Positions 47,393 to 57,030 of a DNA stretch of 64,000 nucleotides are shown here, in pieces (position 1 is the stretch's first letter; every line of letters begins with the position of its first letter). A program made the position numbers and the translations under genes. Origin of the DNA: Candidatus Latescibacterota bacterium (GTDB taxonomy: Bacteria; Latescibacterota; UBA2968; UBA8231); contig OZ241867.1 in the NCBI GenBank assembly GCA_965203175.1, positions 4,800,001 through 4,864,000 of the forward strand. Direction: 5' to 3'. Below the pieces are notes generated by a model, which was given only the letters and a program-made list of their open reading frames with translations, made no database searches and was not told the DNA's origin.

Positions 47393-48202
47393 CTATCCTG
47401 CCGCCTCGCCGGGCTGGTACTCAATGCGCCGCATGAAGCGCTCGCCCACATCGTAGTTTGGCTGGTCGGAGACAAAGCGCCACAAGCGCACGCGCTGCAT
47501 CAGTTCGTAGCGCTGCTCGTTGCCCTCCCAGCCGTGGTTGGTCGACAGGATGCGACCAATCTCAGGGTCGTCCAGATCCGCGGTGTCAAAGTTGCAGACC
47601 TGCGGCCGCGTCGGGTTGAGTCTCAACTTGTACATGAAGCGATCCCGATCCGTGTAGTTGCTGCGCGCCCCGTGCCAGACGCGGGTGTTCCACACGTACA
47701 TGGTCCCCGCCGGGCAGGTCGCCCAGATCTTGCCGCGCATGTGGTGGTAAATGGAGATCTCCCCGGTGCGCACGTTGCGGAATTGCGTTCCCGGCACCAA
47801 GAAAGTACCGCCCATCTCGTCTGTTGTATCCGCGGGGAACAGCGAGAGCTGGATATCGAAGTAATGGTCGCGGAAGTCGATGACCGAGTCTTGGTGCATA
47901 TTGGGGCCCTTGGTTTGTTCGGCCTTGGTCAAGTGCGCGGCGTGGTGGTCGTACAGGGGATCGGGGCCGACCAAGGAGTGGATGAGTCCCTGCACCTGCG
48001 GCAGGCGGAACGCATCGCCCAAAGCCGTGCCTTTGGGCCAAGTCTCCTCAAAGGGGGTCCCCACGGCGAGATAGCCCCGGTTGTGGTGCATTTCCTCAAG
48101 GCAGGCTCGGCACAGATCTTTGGGCACCATTTCTTCGAACTTCAAATACCCCGAGGCGACGAATTGCGCCATCTGCTTCGAGTTCAAAAGATGCTCTTTC
48201 AC
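47393..48202 (-). CDS. PhyH-family dioxygenase (canonical HxD)
   Basis: FVASGYL, MHQDS, GGTFLVPGT, VWHGARSN. Confidence 0.85.
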   Translation of the reverse strand: MKEHLLNSKQMAQFVASGYLKFEEMVPKDLCRACLEEMHHNRGYLAVGTPFEETWPKGTALGDAFRLPQVQGLIHSLVGPDPLYDHHAAHLTKAEQTKGPNMHQDSVIDFRDHYFDIQLSLFPADTTDEMGGTFLVPGTQFRNVRTGEISIYHHMRGKIWATCPAGTMYVWNTRVWHGARSNYTDRDRFMYKLRLNPTRPQVCNFDTADLDDPEIGRILSTNHGWEGNEQRYELMQRVRLWRFVSDQPNYDVGERFMRRIEYQPGEAAG

Positions 48203-48498
48203 GACGTGGCTCCTTCCTCTTTTTGCAGCTCGTTGAATTTCGACAGCACGATCTGGTAGGGCAGCGGCCCCAGTTCATAGCCCTCTTGGGGCGAGCGATG
48301 TTTGAGTTCCGACATCTGGATGACTTGCCAGCCGTCGCGCATGGCCGCCATGGCGTTGTGGTAAGGAGGATCGCTCTCCTCGACCAAGTCGCCTAGGCCC
48401 GTGCCCTTGGAGGCTTCGTAGCGCGCCCAAGCGACGACTTGGGCGTCGAGCGCGGGTGTGGTCTGAAAAAATACTAGAATATCTTGCACTGCGGACAT
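48199..48498 (-). CDS. Small hypothetical protein
   Basis: 99-aa ORF with a 4-bp overlap to the PhyH gene. Confidence 0.7.
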   Translation of the reverse strand: MSAVQDILVFFQTTPALDAQVVAWARYEASKGTGLGDLVEESDPPYHNAMAAMRDGWQVIQMSELKHRSPQEGYELGPLPYQIVLSKFNELQKEEGATS

Positions 48499-48649
48499 GA
48501 AAAAGCCTTCCGGTGAGATTGGGTCAAATTTGTCGAGCGATATTCCATTTAAAATATAGAAGCAACAAATTCGCTGGTACGCAATTTGCGTAGGACCGAG
48601 CGAAGGTATTTAATACCCCAACATCCTTTCTTCTATGAGGAGGCTCACA

Positions 48650-49600
48650 ATGAAAGAGTTGCTCTTATCGTCGGCGCTCGCCGCCATTTCTTTGGCGCTT
48701 TTCGCCACGGGAACCGCCCAAGCCGACACCGCGCACCAGTCCTTTGACGTGGAACCGGGCGACCACCTAATAGTGGACACCGAATGGGGTGCCATTGAGG
48801 TCCATACTTGGGATCGCTCCGAGGTAGAGCTGGTCGTGGAACGAGCCGATAAACTCGATCTAGCATACGACCAAGAGGCGGGTACCACGACCATCCGGGG
48901 CCGCAAAAAAGGTGCCGGCCTATTCGACTTCTTCGGCCTTGTGAGGGGACGCCCCCCCTTGTTCCGCCTCACGGTGCCGCACCAGCACGATTTGGAACTG
49001 AACACCTCCGGCGGCGGCATTGAGGTAGACGACCTTCTGGGCCGCGTCTCGGCCCGGACTTCGGGCGGCAGTCTGAGCTTTGGCCACATCGAAGGACCGA
49101 TCGAGGGCAAAACTTCGGGTGGGTCCATCTCTTTAAAAGGCTGCTCCGGTACGGCGTCGGTGTCCACTTCGGGGGGCTCCATCCGCATTGGCGAGGTGGA
49201 CGGAGAGGTGCGAGCAAAGACCTCGGGCGGCTCCATCCACATCAGCCGGGCCCAAGGCCCGGTGCAGGCCAAGACCTCGGGCGGCTCTATCAAAGTGGAT
49301 GAAGTGCTGGGGCCTATCGAGGCTCAGACGTCGGGTGGCTCCATTCGCGCCCAACTCTCGCAGCAGCCTCACGGTCCCTGCCTCCTCAAGACTTCGGGCG
49401 GCAATGTAGAGGTCTCCCTTGCTGCGGATATCGGTTTGCAGGTGGACGCCCGCACATCGGGTGGGCGCGTCTCCACCGACTTCCCGGTAGTAACGCAGGG
49501 CACGCTGGATAAAAACAGCCTCAAGGCCTCGATCAACGGCGGTGGTCCCCTCATGACCCTACGCACGTCGGGCGGGTCCATCCGCCTGCGCAAACTGTAG
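48650..49600 (+). CDS. DUF4097 beta-strand repeat protein
   Basis: Signal peptide; ten TSGG(S/G/N/R) repeats; RBS gaggagg. Confidence 0.9.
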   Translation: MKELLLSSALAAISLALFATGTAQADTAHQSFDVEPGDHLIVDTEWGAIEVHTWDRSEVELVVERADKLDLAYDQEAGTTTIRGRKKGAGLFDFFGLVRGRPPLFRLTVPHQHDLELNTSGGGIEVDDLLGRVSARTSGGSLSFGHIEGPIEGKTSGGSISLKGCSGTASVSTSGGSIRIGEVDGEVRAKTSGGSIHISRAQGPVQAKTSGGSIKVDEVLGPIEAQTSGGSIRAQLSQQPHGPCLLKTSGGNVEVSLAADIGLQVDARTSGGRVSTDFPVVTQGTLDKNSLKASINGGGPLMTLRTSGGSIRLRKL

Positions 49601-49631
49601 CGCTGCGCTGCACAGCACCGTCTTTGGGTCG

Positions 49632-49679
49632 AAGGGGTGCGGCGCGACGGCTTCGGGTCGTTGCGCTACACCCCTTTTT
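49632..49679 (+). terminator. Intrinsic terminator between convergent genes
   Basis: aaggggtg-cggcgcgacg...cgttgcgcta-cacccc-ttttt long stem-loop. Confidence 0.75.
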
Positions 49680-49710
49680 GCGTTTTTAGGTGCTGAGCCG
49701 GTTGCAGCAG

Positions 49711-50679
49711 CTAATGCGTCCGCGCCAGCGGCGTCCACTGAGAGAGCGCGTCCAACTCCGCTCGTTCCTCATCTCCCAACTCCACCTCCAACGCCCCAAA
49801 GACCTCCTCCATGTGCTCGGGGCGGTCTGGGCCGATAATGGGAGCGGTAACATCCTTGTTGGCCAAGATCCAAGCAACGGCAACTTGCGCCGGAGTCTTG
49901 CCCTGCGCCCGACCAATCTCGGTCAGCTTCTGCACGATGCGCTCGGCTTGCTCGCCCATGGCTGCGGCAAAGCGGTCGTCGTCTTGCCAAGCGCTATCGG
50001 TCGGCGGCTTTTGCCCGCGCTTAAAGCGGCCGCTCAACAGGCCGACGGCCAGCGGACTGTAGGTCATCATGCCGAGGCCGTACTTCCGGCACATAGGCAA
50101 TAGCTCCGGCTCTATTTGCCAGCGGTGCAACAAGTTATACTGATTTTGTAAGGTAAATAGTGGGTCCAATCCCCCGCGATCGGCCGTCCACAGCGCCTTC
50201 ACCACTTGGGCGGCAGTAAAATTGCAGGCACCCACGTAGCGCACCTTGCCCTGTCGCACCAAATCGTCAAACGCCCGCAGCGTCTCGTCGAGTTCGGTGT
50301 CTGGATCCCAGTTGTGCAGCAAGTAGATATCCACGTAATCCGTGTTCAAGCGCTTCAGCGACCGCTCGATCTCGCGCATGATGGCAAACCGCGACAGGCC
50401 GCGGTCGTTGGGGCCGTCGCCTATTTGGCTCCAGACCTTGGTCGTAATCACCAAATCGTCGCGCTTGCCCTTGATGGCCTTGCCCAACAATTCCTCGCAG
50501 CGCCCCTGAAAGTAGTAGTTGGCGCAATCGAGGAAATTGCACCCCAAATCGAGCGCCGTCTCGACCGTGCGCACAGCGGTCGCCTCGTCCGTGTGCCCAT
50601 GCCAGTATCCCCGAAAGGCCGTGCCCAAACACAGCCGCGAGACCTTGACCCCAGCCCGGCCCAATCGCACGTAATCCAT
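49711..50679 (-). CDS. Aldo/keto reductase
   Basis: LGRAGVKVSRLCLG, DCANYY, SLKRLNTDYVD, GKVRYVG, YSPLA.G.L. Confidence 0.93.
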   Translation of the reverse strand: MDYVRLGRAGVKVSRLCLGTAFRGYWHGHTDEATAVRTVETALDLGCNFLDCANYYFQGRCEELLGKAIKGKRDDLVITTKVWSQIGDGPNDRGLSRFAIMREIERSLKRLNTDYVDIYLLHNWDPDTELDETLRAFDDLVRQGKVRYVGACNFTAAQVVKALWTADRGGLDPLFTLQNQYNLLHRWQIEPELLPMCRKYGLGMMTYSPLAVGLLSGRFKRGQKPPTDSAWQDDDRFAAAMGEQAERIVQKLTEIGRAQGKTPAQVAVAWILANKDVTAPIIGPDRPEHMEEVFGALEVELGDEERAELDALSQWTPLARTH

Positions 50680-50692
50680 GTTTTCTCCTAAT

Positions 50693-52621
50693 CTAAATGT
50701 TGGTTGGCAAATCGTACGTCGGCTCGTTCGCGTGCCGCTGCAAGCCGATTTCGAGGCGAATTTCAGTCCCCGGCGGCAGGGATACCGCAAAGTGCGCGTC
50801 GTGGACGGCAACCCGCTTGGTCTCCTGCTCTACAGGCGGCGCAGCATAGCCTCCCACCGCGCCCGGGTACGCGCTTTGCAAAGTGTTGTACTCGACCTCC
50901 CCAAACCGATGCTCGGCCAAGGTGCCAGCTTGCAGTAACACCTTGCGACTATCTAGCGCACTGAGGTTCACCAAGTGGACCACGAGGCGGTCCCGCTCCA
51001 CAGTCTCGACGAGTGCGGCCACATCCTCTGGCAGGCCCGGTCGCTTGCGCTCGGCGTCAAAGTAGCGCAGCGGGGCCATTAAGATGCCGCCGTTGTACAG
51101 GAGCTGCGGCGCGCCCAAGGTCAGTTGGATGAGCGCCTCGGTCGTCACCGGATTTAGCTGTTGCCACCAGTGGATGTGGTTGTCGCGGGGGTCGCTCTCG
51201 TCGCGGCGGATGAGCTCCATCCGCCGATAGACCTGCGAGAGAGCCGCTTGAAGGATCTGCACCGGGTAGTCGGGATTTTCGCCCTTGAGGTAGCAAAACC
51301 ACGGCGGCTCGTGGTACCCGTCCTCTTTGTTGTGGAACGGCACCACCATGCGCCAGTCGTAGCGCTCTTTGGCGCGGAGCATTTCGAGCATTTCCCAATC
51401 GACCGCTGCCCCGCTCGCGTTCCACAGCGCGGCCGGATACATGGCCGCCAGCGGCTGGAAGTCCGACCACCCCTTGGCCCCGTAGCAATAGGGCACCACA
51501 AAGCTGACCTTGTCGTCGCCGAGCGCGGTTAGCTGGCCGATCCAGTGCACGCCCAAGCTCATCTCGATTTGGCCCAAGTCAGCCATTTTCCCCTGCTCTA
51601 TAACCTTTCTGAGCTGGGTGCGGGGCAGTTCAAGGTACTTTTCCTCGCCGGTCAGCAGATAGCAATGGGTTCCAGCCAAAATGGCCGCCATGGCGATGTT
51701 ATATAACCCGTGCGGCCACGTCCAGCCGTACATGCTCCCATACCAGCGTCCTTCCATGTATTCGCCAACCTGTCCGCTCAGCCCCACATTGTCGGGCAAC
51801 AGGCCCCCATTGGCCGCGGCCCGTTCGATCCACGCATCCACGTATTCGAGCAGCCAAGCTCGGTATTTATCGTCGCCGGTCAGGTAGAAGGCGTTGGCGA
51901 TCAGCGAGGTGACGTGCAGGTTGGTGGCGCAATCGCCCCGGGTCATGCGCTCCTTCATCGCCTGCCCCATGCGCCGCGCCTTCGCCGGGTCTTTGAGGTC
52001 CTCAGGCGTGTCAATCCCCTCTAAGTCCTCGTAGGGCAGGCCGTAGCACGCCATCCCCGGGCTGTACCCATACGACGGCTCCTCGTTCTCTTCGTATAGC
52101 CAGCGCGGCCCCTTGCTGCCGTTGTGGGCGCACTTGATGATCTTGTGCTCTGGGTCGTAGTTGAGGGCCTCTGGGTCTTCGTTGAGATAGAAACCAGCAA
52201 AGCGCCGCGCCCGCGCCACATTCTCGGCGTGGGTTGGGTCGGCCATGCACAGCAGGTAGAAGTAGATGTAGCTCTCGCTCTGGTGGAACTGGTCGTAGCC
52301 GATCTCGTATTCTTTGTCCACGTGGCCGTATTCTACCATCAGCTCGGTAGTAGCTTCCCATTGCCGCTGACCCAGGGCGAGCAAATGGTCGCCGCCGCCG
52401 AGCAAGTACAGCAGCGGCCAGTTGTAGAAGCTCTCGTAGAAGTCGTCGGCCCCGTCGCGGGAGTGCCGCAAGCCGTCGCGCCAAATCAAGCGGCCGTCGG
52501 GATGGGCGTACTTTTCTAGGAATGGATGGACGGCGTCCTCCATCGTCTTGATTAACTGCCGCTCCAATACGGCCCAAGCCGGAGCCTGTACTAGTGGTAT
52601 AGCTGCTTCAATAACGGTCAT
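50693..52621 (-). CDS. Hypothetical protein (642 aa)
   Basis: Long ORF with typical codon usage; GADDFYE and aromatic-rich segments; no family recognised. Confidence 0.75.
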   Translation of the reverse strand: MTVIEAAIPLVQAPAWAVLERQLIKTMEDAVHPFLEKYAHPDGRLIWRDGLRHSRDGADDFYESFYNWPLLYLLGGGDHLLALGQRQWEATTELMVEYGHVDKEYEIGYDQFHQSESYIYFYLLCMADPTHAENVARARRFAGFYLNEDPEALNYDPEHKIIKCAHNGSKGPRWLYEENEEPSYGYSPGMACYGLPYEDLEGIDTPEDLKDPAKARRMGQAMKERMTRGDCATNLHVTSLIANAFYLTGDDKYRAWLLEYVDAWIERAAANGGLLPDNVGLSGQVGEYMEGRWYGSMYGWTWPHGLYNIAMAAILAGTHCYLLTGEEKYLELPRTQLRKVIEQGKMADLGQIEMSLGVHWIGQLTALGDDKVSFVVPYCYGAKGWSDFQPLAAMYPAALWNASGAAVDWEMLEMLRAKERYDWRMVVPFHNKEDGYHEPPWFCYLKGENPDYPVQILQAALSQVYRRMELIRRDESDPRDNHIHWWQQLNPVTTEALIQLTLGAPQLLYNGGILMAPLRYFDAERKRPGLPEDVAALVETVERDRLVVHLVNLSALDSRKVLLQAGTLAEHRFGEVEYNTLQSAYPGAVGGYAAPPVEQETKRVAVHDAHFAVSLPPGTEIRLEIGLQRHANEPTYDLPTNI

Positions 52622-52647
52622 AACTTCTTCTCTCCCTTGCTATTATC

Positions 52648-53403
52648 TTACCCTTTTCCTCCCTTCACACTCCACACCGACCCCGTAGTGTACGTATTCC
52701 GTTCCGAACACAAAAACTCAATCACCTCGGCCACCTCCTCCGCGTCTGAGTAGCGTCCGATCGGGTTGCCCGGATCGCGCAGGTGCTCCTCGTCAAAGCG
52801 CGGCACCACCATGTCGGTCAGCGCCCGGCCTGGCTCGACGCCGTTGACGAACACTCCCTGCCGTGGCCAAGCGTCGCCCAGTGCCTGAATAAACGACCAT
52901 ACCGCCCCCTTGGACACCGAGTACGGCACCTGATAGGGACTGCCGTGGCGCCCACCCGAAGAAATCGTCACGCAGCGCCCCCACCCCCGCTCCAACATGT
53001 GCGGGACCGCCGCCTGATGCGCGTGGTACACCCCGTGGACATTGATCTGCATAACCTTGGCAAACTGCGCGGCCGTCTGCTCGAAAAACGGCTTCTCCCA
53101 CCCCAAGATACCGGCGCTGCACACCAGAATATCCAGCCGCCCAAAGGTCTCCACCGCTTGGGCTACTGCCTCGTGCACCTGCCCCTCGTCGGTCACGTCC
53201 GCCTCGACAAAGAGCGCCTGCTGTCCCATCGCCTCGATCTCCCTCACCCGCTCTTGTGCCGGTTCCGCCAGCACATCGACAATGACAATGTGCCGCCCGG
53301 CCTCGGCCAAGCGCAGTGCGGTCGCACCCCCGATGCCGCGCGCGCCCCCCGTAATCAGGGCCACCCGCTGCTCCACAGGTGCTGCAAATCGCAAATGTGC
53401 CAT
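52648..53403 (-). CDS. Short-chain dehydrogenase/reductase
   Basis: TGGARGIG, DILVCSAG, YSVSK, VNGVEPG. Confidence 0.9.
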   Translation of the reverse strand: MAHLRFAAPVEQRVALITGGARGIGGATALRLAEAGRHIVIVDVLAEPAQERVREIEAMGQQALFVEADVTDEGQVHEAVAQAVETFGRLDILVCSAGILGWEKPFFEQTAAQFAKVMQINVHGVYHAHQAAVPHMLERGWGRCVTISSGGRHGSPYQVPYSVSKGAVWSFIQALGDAWPRQGVFVNGVEPGRALTDMVVPRFDEEHLRDPGNPIGRYSDAEEVAEVIEFLCSERNTYTTGSVWSVKGGKG

Positions 53404-53510
53404 ATTACCCTCCCCTTGCTTGCGCGGTCGCGCGGTTTTTATAAAAATAAGCAGCCTAGCGCCACTAATAACCAACCCTGCCCCTTTACGATATATATGG
53501 AGCATACAAA

Positions 53511-54638
53511 ATGAAAATCGAACAGATCGAATCCTTCCTCATCGGCAACGGCTACGTCGTCCGCATCACCACCGACACCGGCCTGACCGGCATTGGCCAA
53601 ACCGCCTGCTGGGGCTACCCCACCGCCGTGCAGAGCATCGTCGATGTCTTCAAAGAATACCTCATCGGCCAAAATCCCCTCCGCATCGAGCACCACTGGC
53701 AGCACCTCTACCGCATGGCACCCTTCCGGGGCACGGCCATCATGGGGGCTGTCTCAGCCGTGGATATCGCGCTGTGGGACATCAAGGGCAAGCACTTTGA
53801 GGTGCCGGTGTGGGAGCTATTGGGCGGCAACGTCCGCGACAAAATTCGCCTGCACCTGCTCTCTGGGGGCAGCACCCCAGAAGACAACTTCAATGCCGCG
53901 CAAGCCGCTGTCGCCGAGGGATTTACCGCCATCAAGTTCGACCCCATCACAACGGACTGCCACGACAAGGGGCAAGCGCGGATGATTCAAACCGCCGTCG
54001 AGCTGACCGCGGCTGCGCGCGAAGCCGGCGGCCCGGATTTGGACCTAATCATCGAACTGCACCGCAAGCTGACGCCTATGGTCTCCCTAGCCCTCGCCGA
54101 GGCCCTCAAACCCTTCCACGTCTTCTTCCTTGAAGACCCGATCCAGATCGACAGCATCTCAGCCCAAGCCCATATCGCGCAAAAATCCACCGTGCCCTTT
54201 GGCAATGGCGAGCGCTTTGTGTCTATATGGGAGTTCCGCGAGTTGTTGGAGCAGGGCGGCCCCCAGTATTTGCGGCCGGATGTGGCCTTGGCCGGCGGCA
54301 TCTCGCACTGCAAAAAAATCGCCGCCATCGGCGAAGCCTACCACTGCGCAGTAGTGACCCACAACTTCCTAGGACCGCTGACTACCGCCGCCTCCCTGCA
54401 CCTCGACGCCTCGATTCCCAACTTTATTACCCAAGAGTACACCAAAGGCGACGAAGCCCCGCACAACGCGATCTACCGGTGCGCATATGAGCGCGAAGGC
54501 GGGTACATCCCGATTCCCCAAGCTCCGGGCCTCGGCGTGGAGCTAGACGATGCATTAATCGAGCAAACGCCCTACAAACCCATCAACAACGCCTCTACCC
54601 CACTGCGCGTCGACGGCTCGGTATCCTATGCCGTATGA
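53511..54638 (+). CDS. Enolase-superfamily acid-sugar dehydratase (DgoD-like)
   Basis: SAVDIALWDIKGK, IKFDP, IELH, LEDP, GER, APGLGVELD. Confidence 0.88.
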   Translation: MKIEQIESFLIGNGYVVRITTDTGLTGIGQTACWGYPTAVQSIVDVFKEYLIGQNPLRIEHHWQHLYRMAPFRGTAIMGAVSAVDIALWDIKGKHFEVPVWELLGGNVRDKIRLHLLSGGSTPEDNFNAAQAAVAEGFTAIKFDPITTDCHDKGQARMIQTAVELTAAAREAGGPDLDLIIELHRKLTPMVSLALAEALKPFHVFFLEDPIQIDSISAQAHIAQKSTVPFGNGERFVSIWEFRELLEQGGPQYLRPDVALAGGISHCKKIAAIGEAYHCAVVTHNFLGPLTTAASLHLDASIPNFITQEYTKGDEAPHNAIYRCAYEREGGYIPIPQAPGLGVELDDALIEQTPYKPINNASTPLRVDGSVSYAV

Positions 54639-54711
54639 GAAAAGCCGCCGACTGACCTCTTCAGCCAAGTAGAAACATGCCGACAACCACTACCCTAACA
54701 CAGGAGGCCAC

Positions 54712-55359
54712 ATGAACGTCCTAATTTTATCCGGCTCAAACCATGGGTTTGCGGCCAGTGCCCCGGTCATCCACGAGTTTTTGAGCACGCACGACGATCT
54801 GTCCGTCGCGCTTGACGACAACAAGGACGTGTTGGCGTCAGACGGTTTGCGCGACTTTGATGTGCTGATCCACGGCTCGGGCTTTACGCGAGGCGAGCGG
54901 CAGGAAGACGGCACCGTGCAGCAAGTACCCGAGCTGACGCCCGCGCAAGAAGAAGGGGTATTCGACTTTGTCGCCAGTGGCAAAGGGTTGGTCGGCATCC
55001 ACGGCACTGCGTGGTGTATTGGCGGCAAAGCCGTCGATCTGCTTGGCGGTCACGCCAACTGGCACCCGCCGGGATCGGCCTTCACCGTCTCTATCATTGA
55101 CGGCGACCACCCCGTTACGCAGGACGTGCCCGATTTTGACGTGGAAGACGAGATCTACATGTCGGCGTGGGACCCAGCTATCCGCATCTTGGCCACCGCC
55201 GAGTGGAGCGGCAAGCAGCATCCCCTAGCGTGGGTCAAACCCTATGGCGCAGGACGGGTGTTTTACACGGCTTTGGGGCACGGCCCGGGAACATTTGCGC
55301 GCCTAGGCATGCAGCAGATGATGGCGCAAGGAGTGCGGTGGGCCGGGGGGAGCCTATAA
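54712..55359 (+). CDS. ThuA-domain protein
   Basis: GKGLVGIHG, HP, DEIY, WVKPYGAGRVFYTALGH. Confidence 0.88.
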   Translation: MNVLILSGSNHGFAASAPVIHEFLSTHDDLSVALDDNKDVLASDGLRDFDVLIHGSGFTRGERQEDGTVQQVPELTPAQEEGVFDFVASGKGLVGIHGTAWCIGGKAVDLLGGHANWHPPGSAFTVSIIDGDHPVTQDVPDFDVEDEIYMSAWDPAIRILATAEWSGKQHPLAWVKPYGAGRVFYTALGHGPGTFARLGMQQMMAQGVRWAGGSL

Positions 55360-57030
55360 AAACCCACCCTGCGCGTCCGACCACTGCCCACAGCGGATTT
55401 CCAAGGTCTGCGCCACCGGCGTCCGCAGGGCGATGAGCACCCGCAAACGCTCCTTGTCGATCTCGCTATTGCGCATCCGCCACATGGTGTGATCCATGGC
55501 TCCCGGGCCAAGGCGGATGGCGTCGTCGCCCACCCGGTAGAGCGCGTAGCCCGCTTTGAGAAAGACCGTGTGTCCGGCGCGGCCCTCGACAAGCGCGCTG
55601 TCCATCTCCAAGGTGCCACCCGGCGCGAAAACCCCCTCAATCTGAAAGGGCACCCCATCGACGCCCCCTGAGGTGCGGATGTGAAGATCAAAACCGCCGG
55701 GCACCTCCTCAATGTGCAGTTCGACTTCCAGCGGCGGCAACTCATACGTCGCCCGCCGACCTCGCACCTCTTGCCAATTGTCGGCATCGACTCGCTCGGC
55801 AATCGGCAGCCAGTAAATTCCCCCTACGTAATCCTTTTCTAGGTAGATGCGGTTGCGGCCCTTGTGCTGCATCCGCACCCCCTTGCCCGCCGCAGCAAAT
55901 TCCTCACCGATAAATTGTCCAGTAGCAAAATAGGTCGATGATATCTTCACTGCCGCCAATTCGGCCTGCCCGCAAACCACGCTAAAAGGCGCGGTTAGGC
56001 CAGACGCAGTCGTAGCACTCACCGCGCCCTGGCGCACTCGCCACAGACCGGACGCGGGATAGACGCGGCTATAGCGCTCGGGCAAAGGCATCCGCTCTAT
56101 ACACGTCGCTCGCCACTCGGGGTGCAGGACGTAATTCGGTAGGCAGATCAAACCGCTGCCGCCGCGTGCGACCAACAGGTCGGCCACGGCTGCGTAAAAG
56201 CCATTGCCGTCTAAATGAGCCAAGGCGTGATAGCCGTCGGCCAAACCGGTTGGCACGGCCCGCGTATCGCGGTCTTGCCGCTTGGAAATGCTCGTCACTG
56301 CGGTGGCGTCGGCGTGGAGGAGGTGGTAGGACAAATCCAAATTGCGCCGTACAGGCTCCAGCAGGTCGGGCCGTGCAAGCACGTGTGCCGCACGGATTAA
56401 AGCGCGGTTGACCACCGCATTGTACACACCCGTGCTCCGCTCGCTGTACTCGCCATCGGCGTTGATGTCAATACCTTCGCCGAGGTACGCATCCACGGTC
56501 GTGCTCACTTCAAGTTCTGGATAGAGGACTTGGGCTTGGGCCAATGCGGCGACTAGCACCCAGCGGTGATTGGGCGTGTGGAAGCCGCCGGCGACCATGC
56601 CCGGGGCTGCGGTCTGTATCAACTCGCCCAAGGCGTCCGCAATCTCGGCGGCTCCCTCGTCGTCTGTAGCCTGTTCCCGCGCCGCAAACACGACCGGCGC
56701 GACCGCCTGCACCACAAAGCCTGTGTCCGGGGCCGAGTCAAAGTTGGTGGTCAGTAAGTCGAAACAACCCGACGGATTTCGATGCCAGCAGGCAAACTCA
56801 GCGGCGAGGAGGATCCGCTGCAAAAGCTCTTTGTTTCGGTAATGGCGCGACTCAGGTAGGAGATAGGCGTAGCCAAGCGACGCGACCGCGCTGATGCTTT
56901 GCGAACCCACCAACCGGTCGCCGTCCATAAAGCCGCCGCAATAGGGGCTTTCAGCGTCCAGCACTTGGCGCGTCAGCACGCCCTCGACCTGCTGGTCTAG
57001 CTCGCCGACGAGCGGCGCGTACGCTATCAC
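55354..57030 (-). CDS. Hypothetical protein (helical toroid + beta domain, possibly heparinase-like)
   Basis: NFDSAPDTGF, GGFHTPNHRW, DGEYSERS..YN; 4-bp overlap with the upstream gene. Confidence 0.7.
   Translation of the reverse strand: MIAYAPLVGELDQQVEGVLTRQVLDAESPYCGGFMDGDRLVGSQSISAVASLGYAYLLPESRHYRNKELLQRILLAAEFACWHRNPSGCFDLLTTNFDSAPDTGFVVQAVAPVVFAAREQATDDEGAAEIADALGELIQTAAPGMVAGGFHTPNHRWVLVAALAQAQVLYPELEVSTTVDAYLGEGIDINADGEYSERSTGVYNAVVNRALIRAAHVLARPDLLEPVRRNLDLSYHLLHADATAVTSISKRQDRDTRAVPTGLADGYHALAHLDGNGFYAAVADLLVARGGSGLICLPNYVLHPEWRATCIERMPLPERYSRVYPASGLWRVRQGAVSATTASGLTAPFSVVCGQAELAAVKISSTYFATGQFIGEEFAAAGKGVRMQHKGRNRIYLEKDYVGGIYWLPIAERVDADNWQEVRGRRATYELPPLEVELHIEEVPGGFDLHIRTSGGVDGVPFQIEGVFAPGGTLEMDSALVEGRAGHTVFLKAGYALYRVGDDAIRLGPGAMDHTMWRMRNSEIDKERLRVLIALRTPVAQTLEIRCGQWSDAQGGFL

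Noticed and set aside
47351-48259. 302-aa antisense ORF
   Set aside because: Mirror of the PhyH gene, which carries the clear motifs
48980-49590. Regularly spaced ac.tc.gg.gg. repeats resembling a CRISPR array
   Set aside because: They are the in-frame TSGG codons of the DUF4097 protein with wobble variation; no cas genes
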